Below are positions 37,773 through 45,062 of a stretch of DNA of 45,062 nucleotides, one piece after another. Below the pieces are notes generated by a model. The model made no database searches and was not told the origin of the DNA. It was given only the letters and a program-made list of their open reading frames with translations. The stretch lies in contig CAZHMB010000004.1 in NCBI GenBank assembly GCA_964533515.1, positions 1 to 45,062 of the forward strand, read 5' to 3'. The stretch comes from Candidatus Woesearchaeota archaeon. Lineage in GTDB: Archaea > Nanobdellota > Nanobdellia > Pacearchaeales > GW2011-AR1. Both the position numbers and the translations under genes were made by a program. Each line of letters starts with the position of its first letter. Positions within the stretch are counted from its first letter, which is position 1.

Positions 37773-40523
37773 ATGGATAAAGAAAAAGCTAGACAAGAAG
37801 TAGAAGTTATTGTTAAAAAGTTTTTAGCAATCCCAAAAAATGAACAAGATTCTATGCCAGAAGAAGATATTAAATTTCATTTTATAGAACCATTATTTGA
37901 AGCTCTTGGTTGGATGAGAGAGGATATCTCAAAAGAAAAGAGAATATTAAAAGGTCGAGCAGACTATATCTTGAGAATAGGCAACCAAGATAAGTTAGTT
38001 ATAGAGGCAAAGAAAACTAATGTTAATCTTTCTGAAGAAGAAGGAAGACAAGCGGTTTCATACGCCCACCATAAGAACATAAAATTTTCTGTTTTAACCA
38101 ATTTTAAAAAGATAAGAGTTTATCATGCATTATCTAATATAAAAGATATTGATAAGAATCTTTTAAAAGATGATAAGGGATATTTTTGGTTGGATTGTGA
38201 GGATTTTGTTGAACAATTTGATAGGTTGTGGCTTTTGTCTAGAGAAAGTTTTGAAAACGAAGAGATAAATAAACTTCTTAAAAATGTAGATAAACGGCTA
38301 ATAAAACCAATTGATGAATCAATTTTAACAGACTTATTACAATATAGGGAATGGTTATCAAAAGATTTGAAGAGTAAGAGAATGCATTTAGAAGATTCTC
38401 AAATTGATGAGGTTGTTCAAATATTAATTGACAGATTAATATTTATGCGTTCTGTTGAAGATAGGGGTCTTGAAGCAAAAGATTTCTTGCTAAAGATTAT
38501 TAGTGATGTTGAAAAAGGATTAACAGATATGAATCTTTGGGCAGTTCTAAAAGCACAATTTAATAGATTTGATAACACTTATAATTCAAAATTGTTTTCT
38601 GAAGGACTTTTAGAAAAAGAAGGCTTCTTTGATAATAAATCTCTTGCGAAAGTTGTTAGAGGTTTATATTATGGAACACAAGATAATCAAGAGAGATACA
38701 TGTTTGATGAAATTCCTGTTGATTTGTTGGGAAGCATCTATGAGCAATATTTAGGGATTGTTTTGAGGGGAACAGAAAAAAGAGTAAAATTAGATTTGGT
38801 TAGTGGTAAAAGAAAAAAGATGGGAATTTATTATACTCCCTCTTATATTGTAGATTATATAGTAAAGAACACTGTAAGAAAATACACTGAAAACAAAACA
38901 ATTGATGAAATTTTAGAGACAAAAATTGTAGACCCTGCTTGTGGTTCGGGTTCTTTTTTGATTAGAGCATTTCAAGAATTGATTAATATCGTAGAAGAAA
39001 AATTAGAAAAAGGAGAAAAATCAGCAAAGTGGAAAAACACATTCCAACAATGGAATGAAAAATTAAGTCTTGGTGAAAAAGCTACCTTGTTAACTAACTG
39101 CATTTATGGTGTCGACTTGGATGAGAAGGCTGTAGAATTAGCCCAATTAAATCTTTTACTAAAATTACTTGAAGAAGAAACAAGAGAAACTAAAAAAAGA
39201 ATATTACCAACAATGAGAGATAATATAAAGAATGGAAATAGTCTAATCTCTGATTCTAGATTTGATAAGGCATTTAATTGGAATGCACAATTTCCAGAAG
39301 TTTTTAAGGATGGGGGATTTGATATTGTTATTGGAAATCCTCCTTATGTTTTTGCGAGAGAAAAAATGAACCTTGAAGAAAAAAAATTTTATCTGGAGAA
39401 TTTTAATACGGCTAAATATCAATTGAATACTTACCTTCTGTTTATGGAGAAATCTATGTCACTCCTCAAATCTCAAGGATATTTGGGTTTTATAATTCCT
39501 GATGCTTGGTTAAAAGTAGAATCTGCAAGTAGCTTAAGAAAATTTTTGCTTGAAAATAGTTTTTTTGATAGATTAATTCACCTCAGGGGGGAAACTTTTT
39601 CTGGAGTGGGGGTAGAATCATCCATATTAATTTTAGAAAACTCAAATAGGAAAGGGAAAACCAAAGTCTGTAAAGATATTAATCAAATTTCTTACGAAGA
39701 TTTTTCTCAAGAAGAATGGTTGCAAAATAATAATTTTGAAATAGAACTTTTCTCTGGGGGAGAATATAAGGCCCTACTAGATAAGATGGAAAAAGATTCA
39801 AAAAAGCTAAATGAAGTAACAATTATTAGGGCAGGTCTTCAGGCATATGAAAAGGGGAAAGGAAACCCTAAACAAACTGCTTCCGATGTAAAAAAACGGC
39901 CTTACGATTTTAATCTTAAAAAAGATAACACCACTTTTGAATATCTTGAAGGAAAAGATTTGGGAAGATATTTTAATTCTTGGAGGGGTTTGTGGTTGAA
40001 ATATGGTAAATGGTTGGCCGCACCAAGAACATTCGAATTATTTAGTTTACCCCGAATTTTAGTGAGAGAAATCCCTTCAAAGCCTCCGAAAGCAATTGTT
40101 GCTACTTATCTTGAAGAAACATTTTTGAATAATCGAAGTATTATTAATGTCTTAGAAAAACAAGGGGAAATAAAATTAAAATATATTTTAGGTATTTTAA
40201 ATTCAAGAATAATAACTTTTTTCCATCTTCATAAATCGGTTAAAGCACAGAGGGATTTATTTCCTAAGATTACTCTAAATGATTTAAGAAAATTCCCAAT
40301 AAAACTTTCAACTTCAAAATCACAAGAGCAAAAAATTATCTCTCTTGTTGAACAAATGCTTGAACTTCAAAAGAAAATTCACCGAGAGAAAGTTTCTGGA
40401 AATGAAAAAGAACAACTTGAGCAACAAATTAAAAATGTAGATTATGAAATTGACGAAGAGATTTACAAACTCTACGATATAACAGATAAAGAAAGAGAAA
40501 TTATAGAAAAAAGTTTAGAATAA
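37773..40523 (+). CDS. Type IIG restriction-modification enzyme (fused REase + N6-adenine MTase + TRD)
   Basis: N-terminal GRADYIL...VIEAK nuclease; GIYYTP, DPACGSGSFL, IYGVD and GNPPY; TaqI_C-like TRD with terminal helices (EIDEEIYKLYDIT). Confidence 0.93.
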   Translation: MDKEKARQEVEVIVKKFLAIPKNEQDSMPEEDIKFHFIEPLFEALGWMREDISKEKRILKGRADYILRIGNQDKLVIEAKKTNVNLSEEEGRQAVSYAHHKNIKFSVLTNFKKIRVYHALSNIKDIDKNLLKDDKGYFWLDCEDFVEQFDRLWLLSRESFENEEINKLLKNVDKRLIKPIDESILTDLLQYREWLSKDLKSKRMHLEDSQIDEVVQILIDRLIFMRSVEDRGLEAKDFLLKIISDVEKGLTDMNLWAVLKAQFNRFDNTYNSKLFSEGLLEKEGFFDNKSLAKVVRGLYYGTQDNQERYMFDEIPVDLLGSIYEQYLGIVLRGTEKRVKLDLVSGKRKKMGIYYTPSYIVDYIVKNTVRKYTENKTIDEILETKIVDPACGSGSFLIRAFQELINIVEEKLEKGEKSAKWKNTFQQWNEKLSLGEKATLLTNCIYGVDLDEKAVELAQLNLLLKLLEEETRETKKRILPTMRDNIKNGNSLISDSRFDKAFNWNAQFPEVFKDGGFDIVIGNPPYVFAREKMNLEEKKFYLENFNTAKYQLNTYLLFMEKSMSLLKSQGYLGFIIPDAWLKVESASSLRKFLLENSFFDRLIHLRGETFSGVGVESSILILENSNRKGKTKVCKDINQISYEDFSQEEWLQNNNFEIELFSGGEYKALLDKMEKDSKKLNEVTIIRAGLQAYEKGKGNPKQTASDVKKRPYDFNLKKDNTTFEYLEGKDLGRYFNSWRGLWLKYGKWLAAPRTFELFSLPRILVREIPSKPPKAIVATYLEETFLNNRSIINVLEKQGEIKLKYILGILNSRIITFFHLHKSVKAQRDLFPKITLNDLRKFPIKLSTSKSQEQKIISLVEQMLELQKKIHREKVSGNEKEQLEQQIKNVDYEIDEEIYKLYDITDKEREIIEKSLE

Positions 40524-40544
40524 AATTGTATTGTTTTGGATAGC

Positions 40545-40567
40545 ACTTAATTGCTCTGCAATTAAGT
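40545..40567. terminator. Perfect 10-bp hairpin downstream of the R-M gene
   Basis: ACTTAATTGC-tct-GCAATTAAGT; could be a terminator or an operator. Confidence 0.35.
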
Positions 40568-40614
40568 AGTAATCAAGATTAATAAAACCCCCTCTAATCG
40601 CAAAAAACCATAAA

Positions 40615-40630
40615 ACCGAAACATTTAAAT
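40615..40630 (+). promoter_or_regulatory. BRE-TATA promoter with no downstream ORF (candidate ncRNA promoter)
   Basis: accgaaacaTTTAAAT; the expected TSS near 40652-40653 coincides with the 5' end of the structured element. Confidence 0.7.
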
Positions 40631-40652
40631 TACTTAGTTACTTACTTAACAC

Positions 40653-40744
40653 GTACCGATTGCTAGGGCATTCGTCTGGTAAGCTTCGGCTGAGTCCAGA
40701 GGGGTAAACTAGGGTTGCGATACTCTTGTAGTCTCCCTCGGTAC
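40653..40744 (+). ncRNA. Candidate structured ncRNA (~92 nt, three-way junction)
   Basis: GC-rich island in an AT-rich context. P1 GTACCGA/TCGGTAC; arm CTAG...TCTGG..AGC-TTCG-GCT..CCAGA...CTAG; arm GGTTGCGA/TTGTAGTC with G-U pairs. Promoter upstream and oligo-T downstream. Confidence 0.7.
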
Positions 40745-40745
40745 A

Positions 40746-41231
40746 TTATTTTTTTAACCATCTTTCAAAATCTTCTAATTTCAAATTAATATACGTTGGC
40801 ATTTTATTTTTTCTGTCTTCCCTCATTAAAAAAGCATATTTATGCGCATTAGACTCCCTTGATAGCTTAGCGAAATAGACTTCATTTACCTTTAATTTCA
40901 ATTGCTTTTCGAGGAAAAATTTTAAAGTCTTTCTAATATCATCCTCTCTTCCAATAAAATCTCTACAAATCTTTAATGAAACTTCTCTAGAAATTTTAAG
41001 TGATTTAAATAGATGAAAAATTACAATGCAATAAATTCTAATCTTGAGATCAGATTTACCTTTTTTTGATTTTCTATATTTATAAAATTCCTGACCATAT
41101 CTTGAGGATAAAACTCTTGCTGTCTTTTCATCAAACTTAAACCCTTTTATCACCCCGTCTTTATCTGCAATACAAATTGTATAATTTTTGCTCAATAAAT
41201 CTGCTCCTGAAACATCTATTTCAAAGTTCAT
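40746..41231 (-). CDS. Uncharacterised protein, putative RNase H-like fold (DUF3800-like)
   Basis: The ORF itself is clear. The fold is inferred from the N-terminal strand FEIDVSG (cf. YIDESG), a later strand ending in Asp (LKICRDF) and the C-terminal helix SNAHKYA. Confidence 0.6.
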   Translation of the reverse strand: MNFEIDVSGADLLSKNYTICIADKDGVIKGFKFDEKTARVLSSRYGQEFYKYRKSKKGKSDLKIRIYCIVIFHLFKSLKISREVSLKICRDFIGREDDIRKTLKFFLEKQLKLKVNEVYFAKLSRESNAHKYAFLMREDRKNKMPTYINLKLEDFERWLKK

Positions 41232-41240
41232 TTTTGTATT

Positions 41241-42419
41241 TCATTCCCCTTCCCCCTTCAACTTACTCAAACTTATCCTAAAATCTTTAACAATCTCGAT
41301 TAATTTATTTATCTCCTTATCTTTCAACTCTCCTTTAACAACATGCGAATTAAACCTCGCTGAACAAAGCATTGAATAAGTATCATACAAACCTTTTTCT
41401 TTTAGAATTTCAATTAATTTGTCTTTCTTCTCCGGATCAACGTGAACTTTATCAAATTCTTTAACACTCGCTTTCATATTGCTCCCATAAACAACATCTA
41501 CCTTTTTTTGTTTTGCAAATCCAGTTAAATGCAATTTAAGAGTTTCATCTCTTTTCTTTAAATCAGAAAGTAGAGTTTTAACTTCAGCCAATTCATCAAC
41601 CATTTTCAAACCTTCGTCGTCTTTAAATTTCTTAACTTCTTCTTTCTTTTCTAATTCCAATTTATGTTTAAAGCTCGGACAAAGATATTTAAACCCACAA
41701 TAATCACATAAAGGAGTAACATTAGTTGGAAATTCTTTTGCATTTTCAATATCTTTAATTTTTCCAATAACTTCTTTCTGAAGTTTTTCAAGTTGTTCTT
41801 CTGTTCTTTCTGAAACAACTTCTTTATTAAAAGCCAACATGTGCCAAACAAGTTTAACAGACTTAGCGTCTTTGAATTTATCTTTAACCCAAAAAGAATA
41901 CATTGCAAGTTGTCTATCTGAATCAGCTTCTTCTTGATCTTTCATTCTGCTATTAGTCTTATAATCCATAACATAATAATTTCCTTCAGAATCACAAGCA
42001 AACTTATCAATTCTAACATGCCAGAAATTTCCATCAGGCAACATCATCCTGTCTTGAGTTTCCAAACCCAGGATAGTTAATTGTTCAAAAGGTTTATACT
42101 TTTCAAAATAATCTGAAAGAAACTTCTCCCCCATTTTCCTATAATTCTCAGCGGTTAGATTTTCCTTCACAACTTTAATATCTTTAGAATATTCTTTTTC
42201 CCATAAATCCCTATAAAATTTAATCAAAGACGCTTTAGCAATCCTTTTCTTGAACTTTTTCCATTTGTATAATTGCTCCAATGCTTCATGAACAATACTT
42301 CCCATGAATGCTTCAATTGTGTTTTCAATTTCAGGTTTTTCCCTATCTATGTAATGGAGTTTATACTTGTAAGGGCAATTTTCAAATGTTGAGACACGAG
42401 AGTGTGAGTAGACTGTCAT
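41241..42419 (-). CDS. PD-(D/E)XK RecB/AddB/Cas4-like nuclease with probable 4Fe-4S cluster
   Basis: YSHSRVSTFENCPYKY, GSIVHEALE, RIDK...DYKT, QLAMY and CDYCGFKYLCP; C-terminal coiled-coil extension. Confidence 0.9.
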   Translation of the reverse strand: MTVYSHSRVSTFENCPYKYKLHYIDREKPEIENTIEAFMGSIVHEALEQLYKWKKFKKRIAKASLIKFYRDLWEKEYSKDIKVVKENLTAENYRKMGEKFLSDYFEKYKPFEQLTILGLETQDRMMLPDGNFWHVRIDKFACDSEGNYYVMDYKTNSRMKDQEEADSDRQLAMYSFWVKDKFKDAKSVKLVWHMLAFNKEVVSERTEEQLEKLQKEVIGKIKDIENAKEFPTNVTPLCDYCGFKYLCPSFKHKLELEKKEEVKKFKDDEGLKMVDELAEVKTLLSDLKKRDETLKLHLTGFAKQKKVDVVYGSNMKASVKEFDKVHVDPEKKDKLIEILKEKGLYDTYSMLCSARFNSHVVKGELKDKEINKLIEIVKDFRISLSKLKGEGE

Positions 42420-42490
42420 CTTTTTATTTTCCTAGTCATAATATCAAAAAACAATTAATCTATTTAAATTTATTTGTTATAAGAAACTTT

Positions 42491-42970
42491 TCATCTTTTC
42501 CCGTTAAACAAATTTTTCCAATTAGTTTCCTTCTCGCCACTAACTTCTTCACTAAAAATATCCTTTGATGAGTTTCCCCCACTTTTCTCTCTCATAAAAA
42601 TCCGATACATCTTGTCGACATTTTCTTCACAAACAAAATCATGATGTTGAAAACCGCCGCCAAAAGTTTTCGGGATGTGCATCAACTCATGGATAATTGT
42701 TTTAATCTGGTCTTCTTCAGACATTTTGTCAAATCTCTCAGATATAAATTCAATCGCATACCAAGCAGGAGTTCCCATAGCCATTTGCATAACTTTCCCA
42801 ATAGTATGACATCTTGCGATAGTTCCTCGCGAAGCACTTCCAAAACTTCTCAAACATTTTACATTTGAAATTCTAACATGCGGGAATAAAATTCTAGAGA
42901 TTTCATCAGACTTCATTTGCAAATCAGGAGCAGGCTCATAACATATCTTCGATCTCTTTTTTCTAGGCAT
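42491..42970 (-). CDS. Putative zinc metallopeptidase (HExxH)
   Basis: KTIIHELMHIP...GGFQHHD. Confidence 0.8.
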   Translation of the reverse strand: MPRKKRSKICYEPAPDLQMKSDEISRILFPHVRISNVKCLRSFGSASRGTIARCHTIGKVMQMAMGTPAWYAIEFISERFDKMSEEDQIKTIIHELMHIPKTFGGGFQHHDFVCEENVDKMYRIFMREKSGGNSSKDIFSEEVSGEKETNWKNLFNGKR

Positions 42971-43107
42971 GGAATCCCAAACGAGAGGGGGTTTAAATAA
43001 TTATGTAGAGATTTCTTAGTTGAACAGTTCGTGAAAATTTATTTTGCATTAATCTTTTGTATTGAGTGTAGCTCTCTTGACTAAAGTCGAATGCGGAGCG
43101 AATATTC

Positions 43108-43320
43108 TTATTCAATCTCAACCAACTTCTTCCTTCCACTTTTTCCAGAGATAATCTCAACTTTTTCACAAGAAAAATATTTTTTTAAAAATTTAACCAG
43201 AGAAGCATTCGCTTTTCCATCAATTGGTTTTTCTTTCAACCAAACTTCATATTCCATTTCAGAAATCTTCTCAATCTTTTCTTGACTTGAATTCGGGTGC
43301 AGTTTAATTTGAATTTTCAT
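43108..43320 (-). CDS. DUF167 (YggU/UPF0235) protein
   Basis: IKLHPNS, KPIDGKAN and IISGKSGRKK. Confidence 0.88.
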   Translation of the reverse strand: MKIQIKLHPNSSQEKIEKISEMEYEVWLKEKPIDGKANASLVKFLKKYFSCEKVEIISGKSGRKKLVEIE

Positions 43321-44519
43321 TATCTTGCAATAATCTCCAGTCCGTCGCCATCTTTCAATTCATATTCTTTTCCGACGGTTTGTTTTGTCTTAGCGTTTAT
43401 TGCTCGAATAAAATTATCCCCAAGATCTTTATGAACTTTGTAAGCGAAATCCAAAGCCGTACTTCCCTGTGGCATTAAAAAACAATCCGGCAAAATATTT
43501 CCTTTGCTGTCCGCAAGTTTGTTTGCCGAAGCCGGGAAAACAGCAATGTAATTCAATAAACCCAAAACAGCATTATTCAAAATTTGTTGAACCCCTGTTC
43601 CTTCAACATATTTATCCAAGACATTTTCTTTAATCTTATCTAATGCTTGCTTTTGTTTCTCGTTTAAACTTTTCCCTTTCTTAACCGAGAAGGTTTTTTC
43701 ACCAGGAATATAATCAATCAACTCGGCTTTTGAAGCTTCTCTCAATGCAAGCTCAGAATCTGCCGAGCAAGGCATAACAATCATCTTAGGAAAAGTATCT
43801 CTCAAAAGTTGGTAGTTTGCAGCCCCTTTTTCAGTGTCAATCTTGTTGCCTGCAATAATAGTCGGTTTGCTTTTATGTCTCAAAGAAGAAACAAAATTTT
43901 TAATCTGATTCTCAGACCATGCAGTGGGTCTTTCAGGCAAATTCAATTCTCTCAAAACATCTTTAACTTGATCCTCATTAATTTTCAAACCAGAGAATTG
44001 GTTTGCAATGGACTCTGAAAACTTCAAATTTTCCATCTCTGTTTTCCTAGCAAAACTTTTCCATACTTTCATAAAAATATTCAAGAACCATTTGTCCAAC
44101 TCTTCTTCCAAAAAATTAACATCATCTACAACAGAATAGTCTGAACCTTCTTTCAAGGGTTTTCCTTCTGCATCTGTTGTCCCAGACAAATCCACGATAT
44201 GGATAAAAACATCTGCTTCTCTTAAGTCATCAAGAAATTGATTTCCCAAACCTTTTCCTTCTGAAGCTCCGGGAACTAAACCTGCAACGTCCATCAATTC
44301 AACAGGCACAAACCGATTTCCATCAATGCAAAATCCATGAGCAGGGTTACATTTTGTATTAAATTCTTTTTCAAGGCATTCAACTTTCACATAGCCTACG
44401 CCGTGGTTTGCTTTTATGGTTGTAAAAGGATATGAAGCAATTTCAACTTCGGCTAGCGTTGCCGCTTTGAAAAAAGTACTTTTCCCCACTGAAGGTTTTC
44501 CGACGAGTCCAATTAACAT
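43320..44519 (-). CDS. ychF: Obg-family ATPase/GTPase YchF (archaeal type) with TGS domain
   Basis: GKPSVGKST, YPFTT, DVAGLVPGA, NKID and a C-terminal TGS domain (GSTALDFAYKVH). Confidence 0.93.
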   Translation of the reverse strand: MLIGLVGKPSVGKSTFFKAATLAEVEIASYPFTTIKANHGVGYVKVECLEKEFNTKCNPAHGFCIDGNRFVPVELMDVAGLVPGASEGKGLGNQFLDDLREADVFIHIVDLSGTTDAEGKPLKEGSDYSVVDDVNFLEEELDKWFLNIFMKVWKSFARKTEMENLKFSESIANQFSGLKINEDQVKDVLRELNLPERPTAWSENQIKNFVSSLRHKSKPTIIAGNKIDTEKGAANYQLLRDTFPKMIVMPCSADSELALREASKAELIDYIPGEKTFSVKKGKSLNEKQKQALDKIKENVLDKYVEGTGVQQILNNAVLGLLNYIAVFPASANKLADSKGNILPDCFLMPQGSTALDFAYKVHKDLGDNFIRAINAKTKQTVGKEYELKDGDGLEIIAR

Positions 44520-44563
44520 GTCCTAAGAATAAGATTGGGGGTTAAAAGGTTTTTGATTCAAAA

Positions 44564-44848
44564 TTATCTATTAGTTTTGTAAGCCCCTGTTTTTTTATCA
44601 AATATAATAAAATTATTTTCTTCTAAAATTCTAATCGCGTGAGTTATATAAAAAGTATGTTGTCCATCTAATTTTCCAAATAATCTCTCTAAACCAACAC
44701 TTCCTTTATCATAACGTGCAACTTGAGAAATCTGTGGAAGAGTTAGACCCTCTCTACTTGAAAAGACTTCTGAATAAACTTCTCGTACCGCAACACTGTG
44801 CTCGTCATCTGGTTGGTCTTTTAAGAAATCGTTTATTTCTTTTCTCAT
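44564..44848 (-). CDS. Hypothetical protein, possible wHTH
   Basis: 94 aa; GLTLPQIS...HAIRILEENNFI..GAY. Confidence 0.55.
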   Translation of the reverse strand: MRKEINDFLKDQPDDEHSVAVREVYSEVFSSREGLTLPQISQVARYDKGSVGLERLFGKLDGQHTFYITHAIRILEENNFIIFDKKTGAYKTNR

Positions 44849-44900
44849 TCAATTAAAGATTCCCTAATCTTTAAAAATATTTATGTCCTTAAATAGATAA

Positions 44901-45062
44901 TCAAACACCAACAACTCCCAAAACCTTTTCAAATTTTCTCTGTAATTCTTCTAAGGTAGAATCATTAATAATTTTAAAATCTGCAAGTTTCATACATTCC
45001 CCCACTTGCTGTCCAAGAGGATCTTTTTCACCAAGGTCTCTCAAATCAATTTTCAAGAAACC
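44901..45062 (-). CDS. C-terminus of a P-loop nucleotide kinase (dephospho-CoA/dNMP kinase-like), truncated by the right edge
   Basis: Manual translation GFLKIDLRDLGEKDPLGQQVGECMKLADFKIINDSTLEELQRKFEKVLGVVGV*; the ADxxIxNxxxLEEL pattern is typical of this fold. Confidence 0.7.
   Translation of the reverse strand, partial: GFLKIDLRDLGEKDPLGQQVGECMKLADFKIINDSTLEELQRKFEKVLGVVGV

Noticed and set aside
40653-40744. Structured element as a tRNA or simple intrinsic terminator
   Set aside because: It has no D or T-loop consensus (no GTTCRA) and no cloverleaf. It is multi-branched, much longer than a terminator, and has its own promoter.
41241-42419. Cas4-like nuclease as part of a CRISPR-Cas locus
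   Set aside because: No repeat-spacer array and no other cas genes are visible in the window.

Overview
AT-rich archaeal genomic window. The gene content (archaeal EF-2, diphthine synthase, TrmB, class III signal-peptide pilins, BRE/TATA promoters close to start codons, large Cys-rich surface proteins) suggests a DPANN archaeon of the Pacearchaeota/Woesearchaeota type; this taxonomy is inference. From left to right: a truncated giant Cys-rich surface protein with a pilin-like gene; a four-glycosyltransferase cluster; an ArsR-led iscS...iscU operon with GH26, VanX-like and M23 genes embedded in it; a copper-resistance locus (CopA); housekeeping genes (dph5, ileS, trmB, dus, HerA-like ATPase, U32, gltX, EF-2, ychF); two pilins sharing an almost identical N-terminal cassette; and a small defence-like island (type IIG R-M, PD-(D/E)XK nuclease, RNase H-like ORF). 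Four observations stand out. (1) A ~92-nt structured ncRNA candidate with its own BRE-TATA promoter at 40653-40744 lies tail-to-tail against a DUF3800-like/RNase H-like ORF inside the defence island. (2) A dispersed family of modular hairpin elements has covarying stems and a conserved G(G/A)AGG loop, and tends to keep reading frames open. (3) The HerA 3' end is duplicated in tandem, with a 66-nt in-frame palindromic insert in the second copy. (4) Paralogous glycosyltransferases and paralogous pilins share identical or near-identical DNA cassettes. All functional calls come from motif recognition by eye; no database searches were run.
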